A DNA stretch of 64,000 bases from Macrostomum hystrix (lineage: Eukaryota; Animalia; Platyhelminthes). Of the stretch, positions 39,474-52,639 are shown piece after piece (positions within the stretch are counted from its first letter, which is position 1; every line of letters starts with the position of its first letter). A program made the position numbers and the translations under genes. Location: the NCBI GenBank assembly GCA_950097015.1, contig CATNEN010000038.1, positions 30,256,001-30,320,000 of the forward strand, in the 5' to 3' direction. The notes beneath the pieces are model-generated. The model did not search any database. It saw nothing but the letters and a program-made list of their open reading frames with translations, and had not been told where the DNA came from.

Positions 39474-40409
39474 CTAAGCTAAAACCTCTCCTTGTAATTA
39501 AAAATACGCTCAAATAGACAAAAAAGACCTCAAATTATGCATTAGTTGATCAATATTGAAAGATAATTTTGATCTTCGCCGATGCATTTGACGGATTAGT
39601 AGAGAATTAATAAAAATCTGATGTATTAGCTGAATTATTGTATTGCAGCATCGGATTTGGGAGACACACCCCAATTTTCATGCAAGCAGAGCAGCAATTT
39701 TCTGTGCATCTTTTCTGCTATGCTTTTGTGCTGAAAGAACGCAAGAACTTGAATTTGCATGGAGTGAGGCTGTGTGTCCTGTAATTTAGGCGGCATCTGT
39801 CAGGCCTCACTAATTTGAGCACACCCTTTCTAGTCTGCGGCCCTGTTGACTTAGACCCTGCAGATGATGTGACTAATATTTTCTAGGCTTTCTGGCCCGA
39901 AGCGCAGGACTCTGAAAAATGTAAAAAGACAGACCTTATCCTTATTTGAGTAGGATCCTAGCTTACTCGGACATTGAGTAGTATGACACAGAAATTCATA
40001 CTGCTTCTAATGGTTCCTCTCGTTTTACCTGGCGCGTGCTCGCGCCAGAGCCATTTGCAGCCAAAACTATGGGTTCTAGTGTCAGAGATCGAAAAATGTA
40101 AAATGAAAAATTAGCAAGGTTCTAAATATTCTACAGTTGTAAATCATGATCCCGTTTTATGCCCACGTTTGAGCTGAATCAAATTCCTCAAACAGTTGAC
40201 AAATTGTCAAGAGACGTCGTTTTCTGTTTCGCATTTGTGAAGAATCAACAAGAGTTGATTTACGAAAATCGCTGCAATTTACGAGCTTAAAACTAAAACT
40301 TTATAAAGTTAACTGTGCTACTAAGTCTTCCAGAGAGACAATCTAATAGTTTAATCTAAACATGCGAAAAAAATTGGATTTGACTTGGTTAAAAATTTTC
40401 ACTCTAAGC

Positions 40410-40972
40410 CAGGGATAGGCAAACTTATTTGCTGGCGGGCCAAAGAGAGTACCTAAAAGACGACAGCGGGCCGCATTGACTGTATAAATATGAAATAGGG
40501 GAGAGATGAGACACGGGAGAGATTAGACACGGGAGAGATTAGATACGGGAGAGATGAGACACAGAAGAGATGAGACACGGGAGAGATTAGACACGGGAGA
40601 GATAAGACACGGGAGAGATGAGACACGGGAGAGATTAGACACGGGAGAGATGAGACACAGGAGAGATTAGACACGGGAGAGATAAGACACAGGAGAGATT
40701 AGACACGGGAGAGATGAGACACAGGAGAGATTAGACACGGGAGAGATAAGACACAGGAGAGATTAGACACGGGAGAGATGAGACACGGGAGAGATGAGAC
40801 ACGGGAGAGATGAGACACGGGAGAGATGAGACACGGGAGAGATGAGACACGGGAGAGATTAGACACGGGAGAGATGAAACAGGACACTGTAGATGTCAGA
40901 AGGGGCAACGGGCCGGATTTGGGAGCTTCGAGGGCCGCATCTGGCCCGCGGGCCGTGGTTTGCCGACCCCTG
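40410..40972. mobile_element. hAT-Charlie-type non-autonomous DNA transposon with internal 16-bp minisatellite, copy 1
   Basis: TIRs CAGGGATAGGCAAA ... TTTGCCGACCCCTG; exact 8-bp TSD CTCTAAGC (40402-40409 and 40973-40980). Confidence 0.9.
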
Positions 40973-43900
40973 CTCTAAGCAGACGGTGGTGGCAGCGGTG
41001 GGATCGAATCTATGTGAATTTGATTGATAGCTTACAACTTGATAGTTAGCTTCCGTCATACTTTTGTGAGTAAAACGGCTAGTTATTGGATGGGAATTTA
41101 CCACTATACTTATTTTACCTAAAAAGGCTTCTTTACTGAAAGCAGAATTTTAGTGTTGATTTGTAAAGAGGCAGTAAAATAGCGATACATCCAAACTAGC
41201 CTTAACTGTGGGGTTTAGCTGTGGCCTACTACAATAGTACAACCTTTCACATAACGAAGCAAATATCACATCACATTTTATGGTTCCTTCAGCTGCAGAA
41301 AATGGAATATTTCTTATGAATAATAACAAGAAACGACAAATGCCTTCTAAGCAAATACTCTAGAACAGCTTATAATGGAGTATTGTGTGAAGTTGCGATT
41401 GAAGAGAATGCATAGAAAATACGAAAAGATAGCTAAGCCTTCTGATTATCTGAAAGGCCTGAGAAGATAATCAGCGCATATAACTCGCACAGTTGTTGCT
41501 TTCCCACAATTGAGAAAACCTGCAGTTGGGTCACTGCATGGCCACGCATTTTGCTTGTCCAGCTTTGCAGCACGAAAAAGAAATACAGAATGGCTTTCTG
41601 AATACAAGAGCTTAGCTGAATAATTAGAGGAAGTTTAGTGGGGCGAAACTAGAGGGAGACTTGCAAACCTCTAATTGAGGAAAAGGCTCAATTAAAATTT
41701 TGCCACATCATGTTGGAGTCTGTAGTTAAACAACGGAGCAGTCAACACGACTGCTCTTTGCTATACTATATTCTCACCTGCGATGGCGTCACAAAGCTGC
41801 TAAGTAATGCGATGTTTGAGGTCACTAAGTATCTAAATATTCCCTCGAACAATCGCAGAATAAAGAATCTGCGATCCTCCATAAACATTACTGAAAGTAG
41901 TAATAAAGGCTTTAATGAAAACGTTTGATGAAAAGTTAATCTAGGCATTTTGAAAGTACGCTATAATTTAAGACTGTCTTAATGCATAGCAGTTTGCATT
42001 TGATTAAGTATAGAATAATACCCCCCTGATTTCGTTTCTTTGGCCTAGGAAAGGCTGAGGACGCGTTTCTTGGCCGAGGCGAAGCCGAGGCCCAGAAGCG
42101 CAATCCGAAGCCGTTCCAATGCCATAGACAACGAGTTCAGGGGGTATTATAGTATTTAATCCTAAAGCTTAGCCCGGCTCACGAGATTGCACTACTAAAA
42201 CTGTTTACAGCAACTGTGACCATAGACTATATGTTTAATGGGCCTAGGCCGTTAAATGACTGGCTTAGGCCAGTTAAATAATAAATACATAGAATTAATA
42301 GCCAAGCTGTGGATTAAATTTGGATAATTTGGATTCAATTCCAGAAGGAAAATTAAGGGACTGGTTGACATTCAGAGACTGTCTATGGTAAAAAATGAAT
42401 TACGAAATCAAACATTTGCTTTTTCGGAACCTAGATCACTTATCAAAAGACAATAGACCACTAGAACAGTAGTTAGGCAGTTAGGAATTCAAACCATTTG
42501 CCAATTATGAGCACGATATTCATCTAGACGAAGATGCAGTACCTTCAACAGATGACACCAGCCTACTATGGTGATCAAGCCTCAACATTGGACGAAGCTC
42601 AACTACTAGACTCCTTAATATGTCAACCAACCAGTCAACCCGGCATCAAAAATTGACGTCAAGCTGAATTTTTATGAACAAAAATTGTCAGGACGAATTT
42701 CCACCCTTCATCATTCTCATTATGTTGTTAAATTGTTAATCAAATGGTTTCTTGAGAGGCAGTTCCGTTAGTGCAGCAGGCGGTGTCAGTAAATTCATCA
42801 AAAAATACTTGTATCTAACGAGGAGCTTGCAGAATTGGACGCATATTTTCTTAAATAGAACGAAGGAGATACAGTAGGCAGCTCAGATGGATTACAGAAT
42901 GACGAATGTTTCTGTCAGTAACATGTCTAAGATTGATTGCCCAGCTAGGATAGAAAAAAGACATACGTTTAGGTACTTTTGTTCAAATATTTATTACTTG
43001 TCTATTAGTGGTTCTTAGAGCTGTCTAGTTGACGATTATTTCTGCATACATTTTTCTCTGAAATGCTTGGTTTCGACTAGAGGTAAGACAGAGGTAAGAG
43101 AAATTAAGGCCCACTTTCCAACTAAGTCAGGCTACATGCGGGTCAACAACAGTTGCTACCTGTTCCCACGAAAAAAACTTATCAAACCAGCGCCCTCAAA
43201 ACAGAAACAGAATTGAGGGCGACCTCACTAAGCTACGCTCATACGTAGCAGTAGTATGCTGCGAGTTTTATGCACCGGGCTGGCACTCGGCTATAGGTCA
43301 AGCTTTGAAATTTGTTATATATATATATAAATCAAGTAGGGAGGGGTTAAGTGGAACTCATATCAAATCATTCTTAGTAATGAACGATTAGATATTGATA
43401 CTAGAGGTCCTATTCTCTCAAGCGAAGCGGATGAGATCAAGATAGAGAGAGAGAGAGAGAGAGGAATAGAGCGCAGTGCCGATCGATAGAAAAACGTTCC
43501 CCATCCAGAGCTACTGATCACTGATTCCACCCATTCAAGGGGAAGCCGAGCTGAGCATTGATGAAAGGAGGCCGGGTCCGGCCTCAAGCGGTGAGTGTAT
43601 GCGACAGAGGACAAAATCCCCAAGGGAGTGGAAGTGACGCGGGCCACTTTTTTTCAGCTAGATATTCGGAGGTCGGTGGAGATGGAAGAGGGAACAACTG
43701 GTCCGGTAGTGAAGGCCAGTCTCTGACTGTTCTCTAGTGAAAACGGATTTCTGGTTGGCCAATTTTTTATGCAGCTTTCTAGAGTAGAACCAGCTGAGGC
43801 CTATCAAAGGAGAGGAACCTGAGTCTCCGCTGATCAAGGTTAAAGCCACGCTTTAAAATCCACGCTAATGTTAAATTTAAGATACAGACGAAAAAATATC

Positions 43901-44000
43901 TACTGAATCGAGTGAAGCCTATTCTACAGTGTGTCAGAGAAATCTGCTGTTTTCAAAGCTGGCTAATTCTGCTCGCCAACGGCACAGGCATCCACAGGCG

Positions 44001-44879
44001 ATGCGGCCCCTCATCACCACATCGACATACAGTGGCAGCTCAGGCGGCAGCGGGAATGGAAGCGAAGTCACCACCAGGGACATTTTGCTACACTTCTGCC
44101 ATGGCACCAGCCTTCGGGGTATTCCACGAATAGTTTCTAGTAGCGCTAATCGTCAGCTGCAGACACTGTGGATTGTCTTCGTGAGCTTGCTCATGTCGGC
44201 CTGTCTGGTCAACCTGTACTACATAATTCGCTTGTACTTTAACTACGACGTTGTCCAGCTGCCCATCCACACGATTCGCCCCGACGCGGCGTTTCCCTCG
44301 GTGACCATCTGCAACCAGAACCCGATTAGTCTGAGCGGGCATCGGCTGGTTCGCCAGAGGGGCTGGCCCGAGCCGCGCAGCTTCTTCCGTGCGGCCTGGC
44401 TTCACCAGAAACTCCTTCTAGAGCCAAATCAGGCTAATCTCACCAGCTACGAAACGACTCGCCTACGCATGTACATCAGCGGGCTGCTGTCATTCAATGC
44501 CTACTTCGCCAACCTGCCAGAGGGAGTCGATCCGCACGAGCTGGGTCAGTCGCGGCGCGATCTGATCCGCAGTTGCTACCTGCTGGTGCAGTCGGCCGCT
44601 GGACGGGAGCCGCCAGTCAAGAGTCCGAGCTGCGACCACCTGGGCTGGTGGCGACGCGTCTACGACCAGAACCGGCTCAACTGCTACACCTACACAGCGG
44701 ACAGGCAGCACGATACGGACGCCGTGGTTGAAATGGAGCTTCGAATATTTCTAGGCCACGAGTTGAACTTTGGCTGCTCAGACTGCGTGCTCATGGATGT
44801 CAACAGCCAGACCAGGGGCGCCACAGTTGTTCTGCATCCCAATGGCACTTATCCCGATGTGCAGCGCGATGGATTCACG
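44001..44879 (+). CDS. DEG/ENaC (amiloride-sensitive Na channel family, possibly FaNaC-like) exon 1
   Basis: ATG at 44001; pre-TM1 FCHGTSLRGIPRI, TM1 LWIVFVSLLMSACLVNLYYII, FPSVTICNQNP, NCYTY, GATVVLHPNGTYP; donor ACG|gtagga (phase 0); 293 codons. Confidence 0.92.
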
Positions 44880-45049
44880 GTAGGAGGCATCTAGACTCGA
44901 GCTAAGTTTAATGTTAGTGTTTATTCTCTCGCGGGCGAGTTCATGAGAGGTTAACGCGTTTGCTCCTCAGACCAATGTCCCCGAGTTCTTGCTAAACTGC
45001 ATAATATTCTTGCAACTACAGGCCTATGTGGCACATCAGTTTGAGACAC

Positions 45050-45253
45050 TGATGACCTGATTTTCTCATCGTCAGGAAGTGTACATTTCACTGTGCCTTG
45101 GAGGTTGGCCCACAAGGGCGTAAATTGTACGACGAGCCCCCAAGCCTTCTCTCCGCCGCTGCGCGCCAAATGAATGTGGCCTCGCCGCGGAATCGAGCTC
45201 AGGGACCTCAGTGCCGGAGACAAACGCGTTAACCGCTCTGCTACTCACCCTCC
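45050..45253 (-). mobile_element. SINE family B copy (5' half, in ENaC intron)
   Basis: Matches the head and hairpins of 33814-34123. Confidence 0.78.
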
Positions 45254-45974
45254 TGTCAGAGCGAAGTTTAATAAACTCTCGCTATAGAAAGATGCGATCT
45301 AGACACAACAATGTACCTGTTTTTGAGAGATCGACCGGCTAACTTTTATATCGACCAAATGCTCATTAAAAAGGTTAGAGTAACTTTAGACTCGAGACGT
45401 TCTGCAAAGAAGCAGAGAGGTTCTCAAAAAAGAGGCCATTGAAATCGATAGCTAGAAACTAAGCCAATGAAGCACTCGAAGGTAAGAAGCAGTATGAGTA
45501 GCTCAGATTTAAACTGCATGTCAAATATTTTATCGACATTTTTTCTGAATTTGACCTGTGTAAATCAACCGTTCCACGAATATATAGATAATTCAGCAAT
45601 TAAGATTGATTCAAAATTACACTCGGGTTCCACTTGAATAAACAGGACAAGCGAGTATCATATATATCGAACTCCCCATACATTTCCGCTTTCCGCAGAG
45701 TAAGCACAGGAAGCACAGAGAAAATTATCTTTTAGCGTCTTGGAGTTGTATAGCGGAAAATTGCACATTTCCGGACACAAAATTAATGATAATGTGCAAC
45801 CCAGACTTCTTAAAAAAGTTCCTACAGTAAACAAGTGAAAATAATTGAAATATACCGCCGACACCTTTTTACATTTAAGTACAATTACGAAATAAGTACG
45901 AAGTACAAAGAACACGTTAGTTCCAAAAGTATGTCAAACTAAATTAGAACCATAAGACGATTGTCCTTGCCACA

Positions 45975-46910
45975 TAAATCATAAAACCGTTTGTCCTTCT
46001 CTCAAAAGAACCATAAAACCGTTTGTCCTTCCCTCAAGAACCATAAAACCGTTTGTCCTTCTCTCAAAAGAACCATAAAACCGTTTGTCCTTCTCTCAAA
46101 AGAACCATAAAACCGTTTGTCCTTCTCTCAAAAGAACCATAAAACCGTTTGTCCTTCCCTCAAGAACCATAAAACCGTTTGTCCTTCTCTCAAAAGAACC
46201 ATAAAACCGTTTGTCCTTCTCTCAAAAGAACCATAAAACCGTTTGTCCTTCTCTCAAAAGAACCATAAAACCGTTTGTCCTTCTCTCAAAAGAACCATAA
46301 AACCGTTTGTCCTTCCCTCAAGAACCATAAAACCGTTTGTACTTCCCTCAAGAACCATAAAACCGTTTGTACTTCCCTCAAGAACCATAAAACCGTTTGT
46401 CCTTCCCTCAAGAACCATAAAACCGTTTGTACTTCCCTCAAGAACCATAAAACCGTTTGTACTTCCCTCAAGAACCATAAAACCGTTTGTACTTCCCTCA
46501 AGAACCATAAAACCGTTTGCACTTCCCTCAAGAACCATAAAACCGTTTGTACTTCCCTCAAGAACCATAAAACCGTTTGTACTTCCCTCATGAATCATAA
46601 AACGGTTTGTCCTTCCCTCAAGAACCATAAAACCGTTTGTCCTTCCCTCAAGAACCATAAAACCGTTTGTACTTCCCTCAAGAACCATAAAACCGTTTGT
46701 CCTTCCCTCAAGAACCATAAAACCGTTTGTACTTCCCTCAAGAACCATAAAACCGTTTGTACTTCCCTCAAGAACCATAAAACCGTTTGTACTTCCCTCA
46801 AGAACCATAAAACCGTTTGTACTTCCCTCATGAATCATAAAACCGTTTGTACTTCCCTCATGAATCATAAAACGGTTTGTACTTCCCTCATGAATCATAA
46901 AACCGTTTCC
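45975..46910. repeat. 30/32-bp minisatellite (AGAACCATAAAACCGTTTGTACTTCCCTCA)n in ENaC intron
   Basis: Direct tandem repeat. Confidence 0.95.
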
Positions 46911-46924
46911 TAATTGTCACCCAG

Positions 46925-47890
46925 GTGTACCCTGGCACCCTGACGGAGGTGACCTTCGCCACACTGAACTGGACTAGACTTGGACCTCCATACGGCGAGT
47001 GCGACCCGAAGCCGCCAGCATATCTCAGCATCGCTAGCAGTGACCTCGGTCCATCGCCGCAGCGGCAGCCTCCGCGCAATCATCACAGGCAGCAGCTGTT
47101 CGGTTATACACGAAGAGCTTGCCACCGGCTTCACCAGCTGCGTCGAATTCAGGCCGCCTGCAACTGCAGCTTCGCCTTCCTACTGCCGCACGCTCCGTCT
47201 TCGACGTTGAAGCCAAACGTCTGCGAGAGCCTCGGCCCAGGCGGCATAATCGACTTCACAAGCGAAGGCTTGATGCGAGCGATCGGCAGAACCCGATGCG
47301 GCCTATTAGGAGCTTTCGCCAACTTTGACAGCAAATGTCGAGAGCCTTGCAATCACTACTCCTACCAGATTGCCACCACTCAGTCGCAATGGCCCAGAGA
47401 GTCTATGCTGATGCACATCTTCAACCAAGAGCTGGCCAGGGATGAGAAATTAAATTTGTTTAATCGGTCAGCCAATCTTAGCAGTCAAGAGATTGAGCTA
47501 GCCAAGCTTTACGATCAGGTGAAGCGAATTGCCAAGCTGAGTGAGGCAAATGCGAGTTCGCTACTTAAGAAACTGGGCCTCATCAGCGACAGCTTCATCA
47601 CTTTGAAAGTAACTAGAAAAGATTTCTCCGTAACTCAAATTGTTGAGAAGCCGGTACAGACTTTGGCATCGACTTTAAGTCAAGTTGGCGGACTGCTGTC
47701 AATGTGGATCGGGTTGACATTTCTCTGGATTGTGGAACTGCTAGACCTCGCCCTCCAGCTGCTGCAGCTGCTTTGCCGACGATTCAGTGGCAGCAAAGCC
47801 GATGATCGTTCGGCGGTAATCCTGCCAAGAATGCCGCGCCAAGTGCAGGAATTAACAGACGATGCAGCTGACCATGGCACACCGGTCTGA
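46925..47890 (+). CDS. DEG/ENaC exon 2 (Cys-rich thumb, TM2, C-terminus); full protein about 614 aa
   Basis: cccag|GTG acceptor (phase 0); PGT..RLGPPYGEC, YTRRAC..CNC, CREPC..Y, SQWP, LSQVGGLLSMWIGLTFLWIVELL; stop at 47890. Confidence 0.92.
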   Translation: MYPGTLTEVTFATLNWTRLGPPYGECDPKPPAYLSIASSDLGPSPQRQPPRNHHRQQLFGYTRRACHRLHQLRRIQAACNCSFAFLLPHAPSSTLKPNVCESLGPGGIIDFTSEGLMRAIGRTRCGLLGAFANFDSKCREPCNHYSYQIATTQSQWPRESMLMHIFNQELARDEKLNLFNRSANLSSQEIELAKLYDQVKRIAKLSEANASSLLKKLGLISDSFITLKVTRKDFSVTQIVEKPVQTLASTLSQVGGLLSMWIGLTFLWIVELLDLALQLLQLLCRRFSGSKADDRSAVILPRMPRQVQELTDDAADHGTPV

Positions 47891-48299
47891 TTGATGCATG
47901 TGACTCGCTTTGAGAACGAATAGTTGGCATTCCAGGAAACGTGCCTTTCGCAAAAATGTGCAAGTTTTGGATCAATCTAACCAGCCATTAATCAGATTGG
48001 CTATACCTTGGGCTGAGGCCCAAAAAGGCTCCATTCTGACTGTCAGATTAGTCCAAAAGTTTTTCTTTGAAAGTCAAATAATGGAAATCTGATATTTGAG
48101 ATAAGCAAATAAAATTACATGATATATAAAAACTATATGTTAAATGTTTCGTTTTGTGCAGCCTAGGTAACTATTGTTCTTAACATACACGCTATTGCAT
48201 GCCAGTTAAAAAATGAAAATTATAATTTCGATATTTAAATAAATGTCATGTGCTACTACTTATTTGAGAAGTAGTCTCCGCAAACTGAATAAATGCTGA

Positions 48300-48598
48300 G
48301 ATGTGTGGCATAACATTCTAACGCGTTTGCTTCTCGTATCAGGGCCCCTGAGTTCGATTCCGCAGCAAGGCCACAGCCACGGAGACAAGGCTTGGGGGGC
48401 TTGTCGTGCAATTTACGCCCTGGAGGGCCAACCTCCAAGGCACAGTGAGAGTGTACACTGCCTGACGATGAGAAAGTCAGGGCAGATGTACACACCTGTG
48501 TGAGTGTGTGCTCAGGAGTCAGCGAAATGGGCAGAATTGCATCATCGCTGGCTGCAGGTCTAGTGTCACTGGTTGATTTGCCATTGCCCCCAGCCCTC
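48300..48598 (+). mobile_element. SINE family B copy
   Basis: aacgcgtttgc..gagttcgattccgc..gcagaattgc..gctggctgcaggtctagtgtcac. Confidence 0.78.
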
Positions 48599-48699
48599 CT
48601 AAAATTATTATTTTTTTGTTAATATTGGGCCTAACTGGGCAAGGTGTAATTTTTTACGAGTACGAGTATATACAGAAAATTTAGAAACAATTTACTCAC

Positions 48700-49115
48700 A
48701 GCTCTTTCCACTGCCAACTTTGGTGAGCAGCACCTGCTCGGCTGTCATGGAGCCGACTAGCTCGAAGACGCAGTCAACATTGGCCATCTTAGACTGTCTG
48801 GTGCACCAGTCCATGATGCTGGTGCAGATGGACCTGGACTCTGGAATGTCCCCCTCAGGTCTGTGGTTCGGCCATTTAAAGATCACAGCCACCCGGCGCC
48901 ACTCATTGTGCAGCATGAAACGCTCAATCATCTGGCCAGAGTCCTGGGCGGCGAACGGCGTCACCCGAATCAAAGTTGTCTCCGTCTTGTTGCTGAACGA
49001 ATGATGCACGGCGCCGGAGGTCAGGATGGGTATGGCGCTGTGGTAGGCAAACGGAATAAACTGCGTCATGGCGTAGTCTGTCAGCGGCCCGAAGAAGGCG
49101 TGAGCGCAGAGCCGG
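48700..49115 (-). CDS. Receptor GC variable cassette V4, exon 2
   Basis: ctgctcag|C acceptor (phase 2) gives GRLCAHAFFGPLTDYA..IPILTSGA..FSNK..TLIRV..EWRRVAVIF; donor AGC T|gtgagt (phase 1); 416 nt. Confidence 0.87.
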
Positions 49116-49234
49116 CTGAGCAGAGGTGAATGGTTTGGCGTGAGTTATCTCACTACTCAAATCGAGTAGTAAACAAGCAGTACAAACCTATTATTTGCTA
49201 TTAAAAACATTTCTGTTAATAATTTTTAACTGAC

Positions 49235-50298
49235 CCTCCATATCTGACTCTCCGTATCTGACTCTCCGTATCTGACTCTCAATATTTGACTCTCCGTATC
49301 TGACTCTCCGTATCTGACTCTCCATATCTGACTCTTCGTATCTGACTCTCCGTATCTGACTCTCAATATTTGACTCTCCGTATCTGACTCTCCGTATCTG
49401 ACTCTCCGTATCTGACTCTCCGTATCTGACTCTCCGTATCTGACTCTCAATATTTGACTCTCCGTATCTGACTCTCCGTATCTGACTCTCAATATTTGAC
49501 TCTCCGTATCTGACTCTCCGTATCTGACTCTCCGTATCTGACTCTCAATATTTGACTCTCCGTATCTGACTCTCCGTATCTGACTCTCCGTATCTGACTC
49601 TCAATATTTGACTCTCCGTATCTGACTCTCCGTATCTGACTCTCCGTATCTGACTCTCCGTATCTGACTCTCAATATTTGACTCTCCGTATCTGACTCTC
49701 CGTATCTGACTCTCCGTATCTGACTCTCCGTATCTAAATCTTCGTATCTGACTCTCCGTATCTAAATCTTCGTATCTGACTCTCCGTATCTAAATCTTCG
49801 TATCTGACTCTCCGTATCTGACTCTCAATATCTGACTCTCCGCATCTGACTCTCCATATCTGACTCTCCGCATCTGACTCTCCATATCTGACTCTCCGCA
49901 TCTGACTCTCCTTATCTGACTCTCCGTATCTAAATCTTCGTATCCGACTCTCCGTATCTGACTCTCCGTATCTGACTCTCCGTAACTCACTATCTATATC
50001 TGACTCTCCGTATCTGACTCTCCGTATCTGACTCTCCGTATCTGACTCTCCGTATCTGACTCTCCGTATCTGACTCTCCTTATCTGACTCTCCGTATCTA
50101 AATCTTCGTATCCGACTCTCCGTATCTGACTCTCCGTATCTGACTCTCCGTAACTCACTATCTATATCTGACTCTCCGTATCTGACTCTCCGTATCTGAC
50201 TCTCCGTATCTGACTCTCCGTATCTGACTCTCCTTATCTGACTCTCCATATCTGACTCTCAATATCTGACTCTCCATATCTGACTCTCCGTATCTGAC
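49235..50298. repeat. 15-bp minisatellite (GTATCTGACTCTCC-like)
   Basis: Direct tandem repeat. Confidence 0.95.
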
Positions 50299-50709
50299 TA
50301 ACCAAGGATATTAGTAAATTGTCATGGGAAATTTTTGAGTTCTTAAGAAACGCTCGCCTTTTTCATTTTCTAATTGTGGAACAGACTTAGACCAGAAGAA
50401 TTTAAATTAATTAGCATAGATTTCGCTACTGCTTGAGCCTGTATATCACAGCATGTGTCTCCAAGGATAGCTGATCAAGCAAATTACGAACCAATCAATT
50501 TTATTAACGTGTGCGTCCCATATTTCACGACTTGCCTCAGGGGACGCCTGTACCCAAATTTGAAGATGAAATAATTGGAGAAGTTGTCATTTTGCATTTA
50601 TTGTGCGAGAAGGAAGATATGGGCACTGGCGCATTGTGACAGAACACAGTTGTGTAAACCTGTCTTTTAGACCGCTATCTGATAATAAGTGTTTTATGAA
50701 AGTCTAGAT

Positions 50710-52254
50710 CAGGGGTAGGCAAGCTTATTTGCTGGCGGGCCAAAGAGAGAACCTAAAAGACGACAGCGGGCCGCATTGACTGTATAAATATGAGATAGGG
50801 GAGAGATGAGACACGGGAGAGATGAGACTGGGGAGAGATTAGACACGGGAGAGATGAGACACGGGAGAGATTAGACACGGGAGAGATGAGACACGGGAGA
50901 GATCAGACACGGGAGAGATTAGACACGGGAGAGATTAGACACGGGGTAGATTAGACACGGGAGAGATGAGACAGGAGAGATTAGACACGGGAGAGATGAG
51001 ACACGGGAGAGATGAGACACGGGAGAGATTAGACACGGGAGAGATTAGACACGGGAGAGATTAGACACGGGAGAGATTAGACACGGGAGAGATGAGACAG
51101 GAGAGATTAGACACGGGAGAGATGAGACACGGGAGAGATGAGACACAGGAGAGATGAGACACGGGAGAGATGAGACACGGGAGAGATGAGACACAGGAGA
51201 GTTTGACAAGGGAGAGATTAGACACGGGAGAGATGAGACTGGGGAGAGATGAGACACGGGAGAGATGAGACACAGGAGAGATGAGACACAGGAGAGATGA
51301 GACACGGGAGAGATGAGACACGGGAGAGATTAGACACGGGAGAGACAAGACACGGGAGAGATGAGACACGGGAGAGATGAGACACGGGAGAGATGAGACA
51401 CGGGAGAGATAAGACACGGGAGAGATGAGACACGGGAGAGATAAGACACGGGAGAGATGAGACACGGGAGAGATTAGACACGGGAGAGATGAGACACGGG
51501 AGAGATCAGACACGGGAGAGATTAGACACGGGAGAGATTAGACACGGGGTAGATTAGACACGGGAGAGATGAGACAGGAGAGATTAGACACGGGAGAGAT
51601 GAGACACGGGAGAGATGAGACACGGGAGAGATTAGACACGGGAGAGATTAGACACGGGAGAGATTAGACACGGGAGAGATTAGACACGGGAGAGATGAGA
51701 CAGGAGAGATTAGACACGGGAGAGATGAGACACGGGAGAGATGAGACACAGGAGAGATGAGACACGGGAGAGATGAGACACGGGAGAGATGAGACACAGG
51801 AGAGTTTGACAAGGGAGAGATTAGACACGGGAGAGATGAGACTGGGGAGAGATGAGACACGGGAGAGATGAGACACAGGAGAGATGAGACACAGGAGAGA
51901 TGAGACACGGGAGAGATAAGACACGGGAGAGATTAGACACGGGAGAGACAAGACACGGGAGAGATGAGACACGGGAGAGATGAGACACGGGAGAGATGAG
52001 ACACGGGAGAGATAAGACACGGGAGAGATGAGACACGGGAGAGATTAGACACGGGAGAGATGAGACACGGGAGAGATTAGACACGGGAGAGATGAGACAC
52101 AGGAGAGATTAGACACGGGAGAGATTAGACACGGGAGAGATTAGACACGAGAGAGATGAAACAGGATACTGTAGATGTCAAAAGGGGCAACGGGCCGTAT
52201 TTGGGAGCTTCGAGGGCCGCATCTGGCCCGGGGGCCGGAGTTTGCCGACCCCTG
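50710..52254. mobile_element. hAT-Charlie-type non-autonomous DNA transposon with expanded 16-bp minisatellite, copy 2 (in V4 intron)
   Basis: TIRs CAGGGGTAGGCAA ... TTTGCCGACCCCTG; exact 8-bp TSD GTCTAGAT (50702-50709 and 52255-52262). Confidence 0.92.
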
Positions 52255-52639
52255 GTCTAGATCTAGATGTCCTTGTCCTTGGACAGTTTTCTGTTTCCTC
52301 TAGCCCGAGATATCGTTAATTGTTATTCACATGATCAACTATTGGACATTGCCGGCTTGACATTGCTGGCTCGGGATGAGAATATTAATATTTTATACAG
52401 GCCACTTAATACCCCGACACTTCTCAATCAACAGGCCAATGTCAAGATGACACTCTTATAACTTGGCTTTAATCAGGAGAATGTTATTATCTTAACTAAT
52501 GATTAAGACATAATAGCATAGAGAATATTATGAAATAAGCATGAATATTATGGCAGTCATAAGATGATGTTCTGATAATATAGCTTCATACTTCTTTCGT
52601 AAACATTGCGGTTGATAAGACCTGATAATGGATTCGATA

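Noticed and set aside
48455-48495. CTGACGA..GAAA in SINE B as a hammerhead ribozyme core
   Set aside because: Only 3 nt between CUGAnGA and GAAA (no stem II), and CTGAC pairs with the downstream GTCAG in a simple hairpin
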